DNA from: Patescibacteria group bacterium
Lineage (GTDB): Bacteria; Patescibacteriota; Minisyncoccia; Minisyncoccales; UBA5738
Length of the DNA: 64,000 nucleotides
Direction of reading: 5' to 3'
Assembly (NCBI GenBank): GCA_022710775.1
Contig: JAKLGH010000001.1
Coordinates: 134,522 to 198,521 of the forward strand
The notes beneath the pieces are model-generated. The model saw nothing but the letters and a program-made list of their open reading frames with translations. It searched no databases and had not been told where the DNA came from. The translations under genes were made by a program, and so were the position numbers. This document shows positions 48,601 through 58,240 of this stretch, one piece after another (within the stretch, counting starts at the first letter, position 1; each line of letters starts with the position of its first letter).

Positions 48601-49294
48601 GATCCTTGCTCTCGCCCTTGATAAGCGAAATCGCGCTTCCGTCGACAGACTCATCCGCGCCGCCGCCGATAAGTTTTGTTTTTACCTTGAAGAATACATC
48701 CCTGTTCAAAACCGCAGTGTTGCCAACTTTCACCGATACCCGAGGCTGTTTTCCGACATAATGGTTTAAAAGCATCTCGATTAAAGCATCTTTTGGGTTT
48801 GGCGGATTCCAGCTTTCCAGCAACCATTTCGCTTCAGACAGCACTACTGGCGAACCGGCTCCTTTAACGGATACGGGAAATTCCCTGTAATCGAATTGAT
48901 AACCCTTTTCATTAGCCAGTATTAACTTCAATGTGGCGTTAGCTTCGGGAAGCGTATCAGGCAGAAAACACTCCGCTTCTTGGCTGATCGATCCTTCTGC
49001 CGGAAGGGTGAAAATTCCGCTAATGTCGCGCATCCACAGTTGTTTCGTTCCACTCTTATCCACGACCCACAGTTCGCAGGAAAGTGAGGTAAGCTTGTCG
49101 ATTGTTCCTCCCGAGACCGAAGCCTTAACTACTGCCCGTTCTCCGGCCTCCAACTCGCTTTCGTCAAAATAGGCTTCAAATATGCGGGGCTGGTTTTCCG
49201 AAGCCCATTCTTCAGCGTATGCCGGATAGATGGCCGCCATGCAAAATCCCATTAAAGAAAACGCGTAGATTGATATAAGTGATTTTTTTTTCAT
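45650..49294 (-). CDS. paralog P2 (1214 aa), apparently an in-frame fusion: an upstream ~425-aa secreted protein ending in a TM anchor + KYRSRN, directly followed by a new signal peptide (MVWIFFPIFFTLSGIFFAQSASA) and a ~790-aa P-type module ending ..SLPDWEEL
   Basis: no stop between ..LVWKYRSRN and MVWIFF.. (around 48020); downstream part contains two TSP1-like repeats, PKD, FN3-like and C-terminal PKD domains. Confidence 0.75.
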   Translation of the reverse strand: MKKKSLISIYAFSLMGFCMAAIYPAYAEEWASENQPRIFEAYFDESELEAGERAVVKASVSGGTIDKLTSLSCELWVVDKSGTKQLWMRDISGIFTLPAEGSISQEAECFLPDTLPEANATLKLILANEKGYQFDYREFPVSVKGAGSPVVLSEAKWLLESWNPPNPKDALIEMLLNHYVGKQPRVSVKVGNTAVLNRDVFFKVKTKLIGGGADESVDGSAISLIKGESKDLELLLPEIKEPGIYNATIQLFDSKTLSPASNIITGRYIAKEKIGASFMDILDVSLDKSSYLAGETAILRVALEGSKTYVQDGIDIDISAKIIDDGEIIATENGSGSLEDDVFERSISVNKDFASPLVSVKIAKGGVTLSEYEAGKPAEIAADVKTDPIAFEEVEEKKDESVFLWITIFIAIILILFLVWKYRSRNMVWIFFPIFFTLSGIFFAQSASAYTIVTEYSIDSMSWSSPLGPSAPTVNFRGGLWHNYTPYGGGYLISSIKFFISSDVDIPTYNCGGRRCLNTASQPITLLGSVGPYGLQGSPQWNKTFDIPTGFDTSNGVRFWIELLGTYKRWHPDAMDASYMENSRCWVIAYQRLGNNAQYISQTVPATMTVGQTYPISITMKNNGYTTWTTAKNYNLGSQNPQDNTTWGLSRVSVGSDVSTNSSKTFSFNVTAPVTPGNYNFRWRMIQEGKEWFGDYTPNVLVAVKQPVTIGGSVKDEKGNGIPNAVLDLCGAGTATTDSSGNWAKSIFLGDSYCVRISSGLPAGYNFIHGVSNNTCHTNAATYEYQVAGQNKFVKCSYSDQRSWDLAGDSALDFLVNYCDCGAWSNAACGAGSCGPLQREQTRICNPLNCLAQTQCVNDIACCVCGAWSDDDCELGGCPANQMRQVRTCNVSGCNIESQCVASAVCPRTLTVSVAASPVSAQAPLTTAITGTVGGTAVGTINYTTWWDCDDPCATVSACQASCGAWDDKADGQAAVTRTINHTYAAAGTFHPKMIVERHNLAAAGTVAVTAINGPPSATALLKQADYCGSGLSTMFSWTYSDPENDPQVFRQVQVDNNADFSSPADDTGKAAASSTSYVTLASKLGYDIVYHWRVKVWDSWGNDSGWVNGPDFSTPLHAYPAIDFSSTPAPPKATELITYTDLTQVFGGATIVSRSWEIDGANPNTSVAESPAVTYAVKGDYVTKLTVTDSNGYTCSLQKDITVNSSLPDWEEL

Positions 49295-49470
49295 TTACCG
49301 TTAAGTTAAGTTATTTCTTACGTCTATCTTATATTTTATATTTTAATGCTTATTATCGGTAACGTAAACTCTTATCAAAGGATATCTTTTAACCGCAATT
49401 TACAAACTCTTATACCTAGGTAGCCGTACGCAAAAAAGCCGTTATGGTTTTTTTAAAAGACTATCCTGGC

Positions 49471-51720
49471 CTAACCCTCCTCCCAGTCCGGAATGCTCTT
49501 CTTGACCGTAATGTTCTTTGTGGCCGAGCAGGTATAGCCTTGGGAATCGGTGACCGTAAGTTTGGTGGAATAGTCGCCTTTTGCCGCGTAGGTAACGGCC
49601 GGAGATTCCGCAACGGAGATGTTCGGATCAGCGCCATCGATCTCCCAGGAGCGCGAAACGATCGTTGATCCGCCGAATATCTGGGTTAGATCGGTATAGG
49701 TGATCAGTTCCGCCGCTTTCGGGGTCGAAGGCGTCCAGCTGAAATCGATCGCGGGATAGCCGTGGAGCGGGGTCGTGAAGCTGGGACCGCTCACCCAGCC
49801 GGAATTATTGCCCGCGCTGTCCCAAACCTTGATGCGCCAGTAGTAAGTGGTGTTGTAGGCAAGCTTGGAAGACAGAACGGTGTAGCTGGTCGATGACGCG
49901 GCCGCTTTGCCCGTGTCGTCAACCGCTGAAGAGAAATTGGAATTATCGTCCACCTGCACCTGGCGGAAAGCCTGGGGATCGTTCTCGGGATCCGAATAGG
50001 TCCAGGAAAACATGGTGGAAAGGCCGCTGCCGCAATAATCGGTCTGATTCACCAAAGCGCTCACCGACGGCGGACCGTTGATAACAGTTACCGCGACGGA
50101 ACCGGAAGCCGAAAGGCTGTGGCGTTCCACGATCATTTTAGGATGGAAAATTCCCGCGGCCGAATAGGTGTGGTTAAGAGCGCGAACCATAGCGGCCTGG
50201 CCGTCGGCCTTGTCATCCCAGGCTCCGCAGGCAGCCTGGCAGTCGCTAACCGTGGCGCAGGGGTCATCGCAATCCCACCAGGTGGTGTAATTGATGGTGC
50301 CGACCGCCGTGCCTCCCACCGTTCCGGTAATGGTCGTGGCCAGGGGGGCGTTGCCCGTGTTCGGATTAGCTGTCAGGGATAAAGTAAGGGTGCGGGGGCA
50401 GGAAGCGGAAGCCGCGCATTGGGATTCAACGTCGCAAGCGGCCGGATTGCAGGTCCGGGTCTGGCGCATCTGGTTAGCCCCGCAGGTCCCCAGGCCGCAA
50501 TCATCGTCGGCCCAGGCGGTGCAAACACAGCAGGTGGCGTCGGCTACGCACTGGCTTTGGGTCAGGCAATTGACCGGATTGCAGGTCCGGGTCTGCTGGC
50601 GCTGGAGCGTGGTGCAGCTTCCGGCGGCGCAAGCCCCATTGGCCCAGGGAGTGCAGGCGCAGGCCGGGCCGGTCACAGTAAAGGATTTCACTGGCGTTTG
50701 GTTAACGTTCCCGGCACGGTCCGTCGCTTTAAGATAATAAGTATGGGAACTGCCGGACGAGTAAGGCCCGGCGGTAAAAACGCATTGCTGTAAAGAGGTT
50801 TGGCCGGCAAAAGGACATGATTTTGCGAGAACCCCGTCAACGTAAATTGAAATATTCGTTAAACCGCTAAGAGCATCCTGGCCATTCGCGGTATAAGTTA
50901 CTGAATCCGTGTTTGCGACCGAAACCGGCGAATGGTTAATGCTCGCCGTTGGTTTTGCGCGATCAAGGCCGAACCCTATAATATCGGACTTGCCGCTTGA
51001 AGGCGAACCGATATTAAAAGGATCCACTTGTCCGTTTAACATGATATAAAAAGACCAAGTATGCCACCCATCCTGAATTCCGGTTTTTTTCACATTATAC
51101 GTACCCGCTCCACCCGATATTAGCTCATAAAACATATTGCCTTTCCCGTTCAACACGTCGTCAATCCAAATAACTCTGGTTCCGGTGGTACCATATAACG
51201 GCGTAAATTTATCGAGTTTGATCTGGTAAGTGGGATCGGTATTGATCCAGATATTTTTTGGGCCAACCGGTTCGTAATCAATCCCCTTGCCGGTTGATTC
51301 AAGATGCACATGAAGATCGGAAGTCCTGCCGGTTATGTCGTTGAAATTTGAGTAGTAGTAACAAGCGTTGAACGAACGGTAGCTGCCGCCGCCATCGATG
51401 TCCATTACGAACCTATCGTTCTTTTTCAGGCAAACAGACGCCGATGATCCGTTGGAAACGATTGCCGAATCCGTCACTTGTCCGGTTGACATCGATTCAG
51501 CGGTAAGCTTTATTTTAGCCACCTTCACTATTGCTTGGCTTGAATAGGCCCGGGTCGTTACGCGTATCTCTGCCATGCCGGAACCGCAGCTGTTGCCCTT
51601 AACCCAATCATATTGATACAGCCAGCCAGAGGTCGATCCGGCAATAGCCTGGCCGGAAAAACAAAATACCGCCAAAAAAAAAGTCGTAGCCGCAACTGTT
51701 GCAATTTGTTTTTTGGTCAT
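49471..51720 (-). CDS. paralog P3 (749 aa): signal peptide, N-terminal beta-rich domain, two TSP1-like repeats, PKD, FN3-like, C-terminal PKD ending ..SIPDWEEG
   Basis: 3' ~1.2 kb near-identical to P4 and closely similar to P2. Confidence 0.8.
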   Translation of the reverse strand: MTKKQIATVAATTFFLAVFCFSGQAIAGSTSGWLYQYDWVKGNSCGSGMAEIRVTTRAYSSQAIVKVAKIKLTAESMSTGQVTDSAIVSNGSSASVCLKKNDRFVMDIDGGGSYRSFNACYYYSNFNDITGRTSDLHVHLESTGKGIDYEPVGPKNIWINTDPTYQIKLDKFTPLYGTTGTRVIWIDDVLNGKGNMFYELISGGAGTYNVKKTGIQDGWHTWSFYIMLNGQVDPFNIGSPSSGKSDIIGFGLDRAKPTASINHSPVSVANTDSVTYTANGQDALSGLTNISIYVDGVLAKSCPFAGQTSLQQCVFTAGPYSSGSSHTYYLKATDRAGNVNQTPVKSFTVTGPACACTPWANGACAAGSCTTLQRQQTRTCNPVNCLTQSQCVADATCCVCTAWADDDCGLGTCGANQMRQTRTCNPAACDVESQCAASASCPRTLTLSLTANPNTGNAPLATTITGTVGGTAVGTINYTTWWDCDDPCATVSDCQAACGAWDDKADGQAAMVRALNHTYSAAGIFHPKMIVERHSLSASGSVAVTVINGPPSVSALVNQTDYCGSGLSTMFSWTYSDPENDPQAFRQVQVDDNSNFSSAVDDTGKAAASSTSYTVLSSKLAYNTTYYWRIKVWDSAGNNSGWVSGPSFTTPLHGYPAIDFSWTPSTPKAAELITYTDLTQIFGGSTIVSRSWEIDGADPNISVAESPAVTYAAKGDYSTKLTVTDSQGYTCSATKNITVKKSIPDWEEG

Positions 51721-51774
51721 GTTAAAGCCTATTAGCGTATTAACTTTTTTATCTGTAAAAAAATCCGGCTTAGG

Positions 51775-52242
51775 TTAATCTTTATTTGCTCCCAATACAA
51801 TGCCAAAATCCGTATCTTTTGACAAATAGACCGTATCGGCGATAAATTCCGGGGTACCGACATTTCCGCCTCTTCCAATTACGCTGATAATATCTCCCGG
51901 AATGATGTCGCTTCGCTCAACCCTTGTTCCGTCCCTAAAAATTTCCGTCGATTCCCCAATCGAAAAAGTTATCGATTCCCCGTCCTGTTCAAAAGTAAGG
52001 GCAGATGAAACCGGATCAAAAGATCCGATTTTTCCCGTCGCGCCGCTTTCGGTCTGAGACAACAAAACATTATCCGGTTTGGCGGCAGCCTCTTTCGCCT
52101 CGGAATCCTCCGGGATGATTGGCGCGATTTCGGCAGCTTCTTTCTTTTGAATTTGACGAACCGAAAAATAAACAAATATAAAGATCGTAAGAATAAATAA
52201 AAAAAGAGCAAAAATTATTATGGCGGTTTTGGCTTTATTCAT
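51775..52242 (-). CDS. small single-TM protein S1 (155 aa), partner family of the P paralogs
   Basis: N-terminal TM; C-terminal ..GDIISVIGRGGNVGTPEFIADTVYLSKD.. shared with S2 and S3. Confidence 0.6.
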   Translation of the reverse strand: MNKAKTAIIIFALFLFILTIFIFVYFSVRQIQKKEAAEIAPIIPEDSEAKEAAAKPDNVLLSQTESGATGKIGSFDPVSSALTFEQDGESITFSIGESTEIFRDGTRVERSDIIPGDIISVIGRGGNVGTPEFIADTVYLSKDTDFGIVLGANKD

Positions 52243-52278
52243 TTTAATATTGATGCTTGGATTTATAAGATATCCATC

Positions 52279-54531
52279 CTATCCCTCCTCCCAGTCCGGA
52301 ATGCTCTTCTTGACCGTAATGTTCTTTTCTAGCGAGCAGGTATAGCCGTTGGAATCGGTAACCGTGAGCTTGGTAGCGTAATCGCCCTTTGCCGCATAGG
52401 TAACGGCCGGGGATTCCGCAGCGGAAGTATTCGGATTCGCGCCTTCGATCTCCCAGGAGCGCGAAACGATCGTTGATCCGCCGAATACCTGGGTTAGATC
52501 GGTATAGGTGATCAGTTCCGTTGCTTTCGGGGTCGAAGGCGTCCAGCTGAAATCGATCGCGGGATAGCCGTGGAGCGGGGTCGTGAAGCTGGGACCATTC
52601 ACCCAGCCGGAATTATTGCCCGCGCTGTCCCAAACCTTGATACGCCAGTAGTAAGTGGTGTTGTAGGCAAGCTTGGAAGACAGAACGGTGTAGCTGGTCG
52701 ATGACGCGGCCACTTTGCCCGTGTCGTCAACCGCGGAAGAGAAATTGGAATTATCGTCCACCTGGATCTGGCGGAAGGTCTGGGGATCGTTCTCGGGATC
52801 CGAATAGGTCCAGGAAAACATGGTGGAAAGGCCGCTGCTACAATAATCGGCCTGCTTCACCAAAGCGCTCACCGACGGCGGACCGTTGATAACAGTTACC
52901 GCGACGGAACCGGAAGCCGAAAGGTTGTGGCGTTCCACGATCATTTTAGGATGGAAAGTTCCCGCGGCCGAATAGGTGTGGTTAAGAGCGCGAACCGCAG
53001 CGGCCTGGCCGTCGGCCTTGTCATCCCAGGCTCCGCAGGCGGCCTGGCAGGCGCTCACCGTGGAGCAGGGATCATCGCAATCCCACCAGGTGGTGTAATT
53101 GATGGTGCCGACCGCCGTGCCTCCCACCGTTCCGGTAATGGTCGTGGCCAGGGGGGCGTTGCCCGTGTTCGGATTAGCTGTCAGGGATAAAGTAAGGGTG
53201 CGGGGGCAGGAAGCGGAAGCCGCGCATTGGGATTCAACGTCGCAAGCGGCCGGATTGCAGGTCCGGGTCTGGCGCATCTGGTTAGCCCCGCAGGTCCCCA
53301 GGCCGCAATCGTCATCGGCCCAGGCGGTGCAAACGCAGCAGGTGGCGTCGGCCACGCACTGGCTTTGGGCGTCGCAGGCCACCGGATTGCAGGTCCGGGT
53401 CTGCTGGCGCTGGAGCGTGGTGCAGCTTCCGCCGGCGCAAGCCCCATTGGCCCAGGGAGTGCAGGCGCAGGCCGGTGCGGTAACATTAAAAGATTTCGTC
53501 GATGTTGTGGTCTTGTTCCCTGCCAGGTCAGTGGCAACCGCGTAATAATTATGGCTGCTGTTGGCGGCATACGGTCCGCCTGCGTATTGGCAGGTTTGGG
53601 CGCTGACCGCGCCGGAAAAATTACAGGTTTTCTTTACCGAACCGTCGACGTAAATGCTCACGGTATCCAAACCGCTCAACGCGTCTTGCGCGTTTGCCGT
53701 GATCGTTACCGTGGACGTACTGTCCGGCGATGCCGGACTGTGGCTTACGCTGGCAGTCGGTTTGGCTCGGTCGATGCCGTAGCCTACCCAGGGAGCAACC
53801 CCGCTATATAACGGATTGGGCTGATTATTAAAACCAAGCTTGAAGAACCATTGGTGCCAACCATCGGATAAGCCAAGCTTTGGCAAATTGTATTTTCCAA
53901 CCCCGCCGGAAACGTTGACCGTGCTGTATTTCTTATTGCCATTGAACGAATCGGCCATCATAATTACTGAAAGTGAAGTGGCGCTATGAACGCCCGGCAT
54001 TGAAGCTAATTGGACCGTAAACTGAGGATCGTAATTCACCCAAACATTATTTGGAAAAGCCGAAAAATAAGCCATTCCTTGGCTGATCGGCGTTAAATGG
54101 ACATGCGAATCCCATTTTGCTCCAACTGATTGTGCGGGACTGGTTGGATAATAAGATGTGTAAAAATCGTGGTAAGAAGAAGTTTCATCAACGATCGTCT
54201 CAACAGACTCATTGTAAACATCAAGGCAAATATATGATGTTGTGCCGGTACCCGAAACCGACCTGACTATCTTGTTGTCAGATTGCCGTCTTATGTTGAG
54301 CGTAATATTGCTGCTAGCTATATTTTCCGTAGTTCCCTTTAAAGCAAGAACTCTTATCAGCGCCCCGTTAGAACCGCAAGCTGAAGAATTACCGGCTTCA
54401 ACTTTAACTTGCCAGCCATAATTGGCTTGCGCAGAATCAATACTGCAAAAACCGCCAAAGAAAAGCAAGCAGCAGATAAAAAAATTTTTAAAATATTTAT
54501 AATAATTTGAAGCCATGTAAATTATTAACAA
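52279..54531 (-). CDS. paralog P4 (750 aa), same architecture as P3, ending ..SIPDWEEG
   Basis: see P3. Confidence 0.8.
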   Translation of the reverse strand: MLIIYMASNYYKYFKNFFICCLLFFGGFCSIDSAQANYGWQVKVEAGNSSACGSNGALIRVLALKGTTENIASSNITLNIRRQSDNKIVRSVSGTGTTSYICLDVYNESVETIVDETSSYHDFYTSYYPTSPAQSVGAKWDSHVHLTPISQGMAYFSAFPNNVWVNYDPQFTVQLASMPGVHSATSLSVIMMADSFNGNKKYSTVNVSGGVGKYNLPKLGLSDGWHQWFFKLGFNNQPNPLYSGVAPWVGYGIDRAKPTASVSHSPASPDSTSTVTITANAQDALSGLDTVSIYVDGSVKKTCNFSGAVSAQTCQYAGGPYAANSSHNYYAVATDLAGNKTTTSTKSFNVTAPACACTPWANGACAGGSCTTLQRQQTRTCNPVACDAQSQCVADATCCVCTAWADDDCGLGTCGANQMRQTRTCNPAACDVESQCAASASCPRTLTLSLTANPNTGNAPLATTITGTVGGTAVGTINYTTWWDCDDPCSTVSACQAACGAWDDKADGQAAAVRALNHTYSAAGTFHPKMIVERHNLSASGSVAVTVINGPPSVSALVKQADYCSSGLSTMFSWTYSDPENDPQTFRQIQVDDNSNFSSAVDDTGKVAASSTSYTVLSSKLAYNTTYYWRIKVWDSAGNNSGWVNGPSFTTPLHGYPAIDFSWTPSTPKATELITYTDLTQVFGGSTIVSRSWEIEGANPNTSAAESPAVTYAAKGDYATKLTVTDSNGYTCSLEKNITVKKSIPDWEEG

Positions 54532-54532
54532 G

Positions 54533-55018
54533 TTATAAAACCAAAAAAGGCTCGTTAAAAGGCTCGTTATCTATTTCAGTCGCATAAATCGAATCGGCTT
54601 TGATATCGGTCGAAGATTCCGTTTCTCCGCGGCCGATAACGCTGATCAAATCCCCTTCGATCAAAGAAGCGGATTTAACTTGTAAATTATCTTTAAAGAT
54701 CACTGTGTTTTCAGTAAGGCTTACGTTATATGTCTTTTCGGGCGCGGCAACCGTCAATGATCCTGATTCAAGATCGATCTTTTCCAAAATGCCGGTAAAA
54801 GAAATCTTAACCGCAGCACCAGTACTGTTTTCGGTCTCGACCACGCTGGCGGCTTCTTGATCCCGTTCATCGGAATTCTTTGAAAACGCACTTTCGTTTT
54901 TTTCGTTTTTCTTTCCATCTTTCTCGGTATTTTCTGCGTTCAATAACAATAGAAGAGCAGCAATGAAAATAATTGCCAAGGTAAAGAATATTACAGACGT
55001 TTTAGTTGATATTTTCAT
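54533..55018 (-). CDS. small single-TM protein S2 (161 aa); its stop abuts the P4 start
   Basis: ..IEGDLISVIGRGETESSTDIKADSIYATEID.. Confidence 0.6.
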   Translation of the reverse strand: MKISTKTSVIFFTLAIIFIAALLLLLNAENTEKDGKKNEKNESAFSKNSDERDQEAASVVETENSTGAAVKISFTGILEKIDLESGSLTVAAPEKTYNVSLTENTVIFKDNLQVKSASLIEGDLISVIGRGETESSTDIKADSIYATEIDNEPFNEPFLVL

Positions 55019-55080
55019 ATGTTAAAAAATTTTAATCAATGATTATTATATTATAGCCCTAATCTGCTGTTTCAATAAGC

Positions 55081-57957
55081 CTATATCTCTTCCCAATCCG
55101 GAATACTGCTCTTAACGGTAACTTCTTCTTCCAGCGAGCAGGTATAGCCGTTAGAATCGGTAACCGTAAGCTTGGTCGTGTAGTCCCCTTTGACGTTATA
55201 TAAAACAACCGGAGATTCCGCGACAGAGGTGCTCGGATTCGCGCCTTCGATCTCCCAGGAGCGCGCGACAATTGTAGCTCCGCCAAATACCTGGGTTTGG
55301 TCGTCGTAAGTAATCGCCTCCCACACTTTTATCCGGCCCGGAACAAAGTCAAAATCCACCGCCGGATAACTGTGCAGCGGGGTCGTAAAATCTGATCCGT
55401 TGATCCAACCCGAATCGTTTCCTTTATCGTCCCAAACCTTAAGCCGCCAATGGTAAGTAGTATTGTAGGCAAGGCTGCTGGCTAAAGTTACATAACTTGT
55501 AGAAGAAGTCGCAATTTTACCGGTATCGTCGGCCGGCGAGGAAAAATCGGAATCGTCGTCCACCTGGATCTGGCGGAAGGTCTGGGGATCGTTCTCGGGA
55601 TCGGAATAGTTCCAAGAGAATATCGTCGATAAACCGATGGCGCAGAAATCGTTTTGTTTAACAAGAGTATCGGCGGACGGAGGGGCGTTGAGAGCAATGA
55701 CGTCAGCGATGTCGGAAGCAACCAGGCCTTGGCGTTCCACGATCATTTTAGGATGGAATGTCCCGGAAGAAGAATAGGTATGGTCAAGAATTCGGGTAGA
55801 CACGCCAACCCCGTCGGCCTTGTCATCCCAGGCTCCGCAGGCAGCCTGGCAGCCGCTCACCGTAACGCAGGGATCATCGCAATCCCACCAGGTGGTGTAA
55901 TTGATGGTGCCGACCGCCGTGCCTCCCACCGTTCCGGTAATGGTCGTGGCCAGGGGGGCGTTGCCGATATCCGGAGCTGCCGCCAGGGATGCCGTGAGAG
56001 TTCTGGGACAGCTCGCGCTGGCCGCGCACTGGCTTTCGGCAAGGCAGGCAGCCGGAGTGCAGGTCCGGGTCTGGCGCATCTGGCTGGCACCGCAGGTTCC
56101 CAAGCCGCAATCGTCGTCGGCCCAGGCGCCGCAGGAACAAACTGGCGCGTTAACAGTGACGGTCACGCGCCCGCCGTTGAACAAACCTTGCCGCTCGACC
56201 ACGGTTTTAGCATAGTACGTTCCCGCAACGGTATAAGTATGGTTTGCGGCATAAGTAGCGCTGGCTTGGTTCAATGACGTGATATCCTGAACTCCGCAAG
56301 CGGTTTGGCAGGCAGCCAGACTGGTACACGTACTGTTGCAATTCCACCAAACATAGTAATTGATGTTTCCGGAGGCGGTTCCGCCGACGGTCGCGTTCAG
56401 CGTCGACGCGAGCGGAGCGTCTCCCTGCCAGGGATTCATGGTCATTAATAGCGACAAACTCGGAGGCGGGGTGCCGCAGGCCGCGTGGTTAGCGCATTGC
56501 CAATCCGCGGCACAACCCCAAGGCATACAATTTCGAGTTTGGGTCATTTGGGTGATAGGGCAAGGGCCGCCGCACGCGATATTTGACCATGCGGTGCAGG
56601 AACAGCTTGAACAAGCGGCATCGGCAACGCACAAATTATTAATGTCGCACCCTACCGGATTGCAGGTCCGGGTCCGCAAACGCTGGGCGGCGGTACAGCC
56701 TCCGGCGGCGCAGGAACCATTAACCCAAGCCGTGCAGGAGCAGGATCCGCCGCAGGCGGCGTCGGCTACGCACTGGCTTTCGGCGTCGCAGGCGGCCGGA
56801 GTGCAGGTCCGGGTCTGCTGGCGCTGGGCGGCGGTACAGCCTCCGGCGGCGCAGGAGCCGTTAACCCAAGCCGTGCAGGAACAGGATCCGCCGGAAATGG
56901 TAAAGTTGGCGGTCGCCAAAGTCTGGATATTCCCCGCGCGATCCCTTGCTACCGCGTAATAGGAGTGGCTGGATCCGGCGGCGTAGGGGCCGACGACTAC
57001 CGAACAGGTTTGCTGGGTAGTTTCTCCGGCGAAATTACAAGTCTTTACGGATGTTCCGTCAACAAAAATTTGAGCGGTATCCATTCCGCTTAATACGTCT
57101 CTCACAGGCGCCGTTATGGTAATTTGATCGTCGCTGTCAGGAGCGGCGGGAGATTTTGAAGCCGAAGCAACCGGTTTGACCCGATCGATCCCATATGCGG
57201 TATCTACGCCGCGGCTGCTAACCGGTTTCCCGTTTTCAACTGATGACCCGTTTAAAAAAAGATAATACGACCACATACGCCAGCCATCCGACAAACCCTT
57301 GGGACCGATCGTTTTTAAACCGGTTCCCGAAGGATAATTTTGCAGCCATTGCGTCACAACACTGTTAAAATTGTCCATCAATATAATGTTCAACAAACCG
57401 GTAATATTGTGAATGCTCGGATAGGATATCAGGTTTATCTTAAATTGAGGATCATAGTTTATCCATCCGGAAACTGGTTCAACGGCCTGGTAGTTAGGCC
57501 CCTGGGCCGTTGCGGCCAAATGAACGTGATGAGTAACGGTAGTACCGCTCAACAAAGGCGTTCTATCGCCGAAATGAACGTAAAAGTCCCAATAATTAGA
57601 TCCGCCGACAATCGTAATTACGTAAGCGTATGCGAAGTTCGAGGAAACGCAAAAAGCCATGCTCGATGAGTTGTAAACGGTGTTTGACTGAACAACAACG
57701 TTATTTCGGGAAATCGTAACGCTAAATTGGCTGGGATTCGCCGCCGTTTCGTTATTCCATTGCCTTGTGTAAAAATTAACTTTTGTTTGGCCGGCCGGAC
57801 AACCGGCTACTCCGGTTGTATCTCCATACCATAAATAGCCGGCTTGCTGGGCAAAGGCTTTCCCGCCAGGCATTGCCAACGCAAATAAAAACGCCGCCAA
57901 AAAAAATATTTCTGACGCTATCTTAAAAAATCTTCTTTTTGCAAACATTCTCGGCAT
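55081..57957 (-). CDS. paralog P5 (958 aa): signal peptide, N-terminal domain, five Cys-rich TSP1-like repeats (two from a recent 141-bp tandem duplication), PKD, FN3-like, C-terminal PKD ending ..SIPDWEEI
   Basis: as described. Confidence 0.8.
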   Translation of the reverse strand: MPRMFAKRRFFKIASEIFFLAAFLFALAMPGGKAFAQQAGYLWYGDTTGVAGCPAGQTKVNFYTRQWNNETAANPSQFSVTISRNNVVVQSNTVYNSSSMAFCVSSNFAYAYVITIVGGSNYWDFYVHFGDRTPLLSGTTVTHHVHLAATAQGPNYQAVEPVSGWINYDPQFKINLISYPSIHNITGLLNIILMDNFNSVVTQWLQNYPSGTGLKTIGPKGLSDGWRMWSYYLFLNGSSVENGKPVSSRGVDTAYGIDRVKPVASASKSPAAPDSDDQITITAPVRDVLSGMDTAQIFVDGTSVKTCNFAGETTQQTCSVVVGPYAAGSSHSYYAVARDRAGNIQTLATANFTISGGSCSCTAWVNGSCAAGGCTAAQRQQTRTCTPAACDAESQCVADAACGGSCSCTAWVNGSCAAGGCTAAQRLRTRTCNPVGCDINNLCVADAACSSCSCTAWSNIACGGPCPITQMTQTRNCMPWGCAADWQCANHAACGTPPPSLSLLMTMNPWQGDAPLASTLNATVGGTASGNINYYVWWNCNSTCTSLAACQTACGVQDITSLNQASATYAANHTYTVAGTYYAKTVVERQGLFNGGRVTVTVNAPVCSCGAWADDDCGLGTCGASQMRQTRTCTPAACLAESQCAASASCPRTLTASLAAAPDIGNAPLATTITGTVGGTAVGTINYTTWWDCDDPCVTVSGCQAACGAWDDKADGVGVSTRILDHTYSSSGTFHPKMIVERQGLVASDIADVIALNAPPSADTLVKQNDFCAIGLSTIFSWNYSDPENDPQTFRQIQVDDDSDFSSPADDTGKIATSSTSYVTLASSLAYNTTYHWRLKVWDDKGNDSGWINGSDFTTPLHSYPAVDFDFVPGRIKVWEAITYDDQTQVFGGATIVARSWEIEGANPSTSVAESPVVLYNVKGDYTTKLTVTDSNGYTCSLEEEVTVKSSIPDWEEI
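56540..56900 (-). repeat. intragenic tandem repeat in P5, period 141 bp (~2.5 copies) encoding duplicated Cys-rich module (..CSCTAWVNGSCAAGGCTAAQR..TRTC..P..CD...CVADAAC)
   Basis: gctgggcggcggtacagcctccggcggcgcagga.. recurs at 56682 and 56823. Confidence 0.7.
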
Positions 57958-57994
57958 TTTGTCATTTACGTTAGATTTTTAAAAATTGTTTCGC

Positions 57995-58235
57995 CTATAT
58001 CTCCTCCCAATCGGGTATGCTGCTTTTCACATTAATATTCTTTTCCAGCGAGCAGGCATTGATCGGTTTCAAAAATATAATACGCGCCGCTCGGACCGCA
58101 GGAAAAATCAGGCCCTAAAAAATCCATACCCCAATAATATCCCGCTTCGGATGCCTTAACATTTTTCGGAAAAACCAGGATAACCGCCAGGAATAAAATG
58201 ATTGGAACAACTCTTAATTTCATTAAAATTTGCAA
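57995..58235 (-). pseudogene. deletion remnant/mini-paralog: P-family signal peptide (MQILMKLRVVPIILFLAVILVFPKNVKASEAG..) joined, out of frame, to the last ~20 codons of a P gene (..INACSLEKNINVKSSIPDWEEI*)
   Basis: ORF 58032..58235 ends early; an adjacent frame through 57995 encodes the conserved C-terminal CSLEKNI.VK.SIPDWEE tail; a 1-nt change in a T5 run would fuse them. Confidence 0.6.
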
Positions 58236-58240
58236 AAATG

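Noticed and set aside
42440-57957. Diversity-generating retroelement (DGR) targeting the conserved C-terminal domains
   Set aside because: No reverse transcriptase or Avd-like ORF anywhere in the window, and differences between repeat copies involve all base types rather than being confined to adenines of a template.
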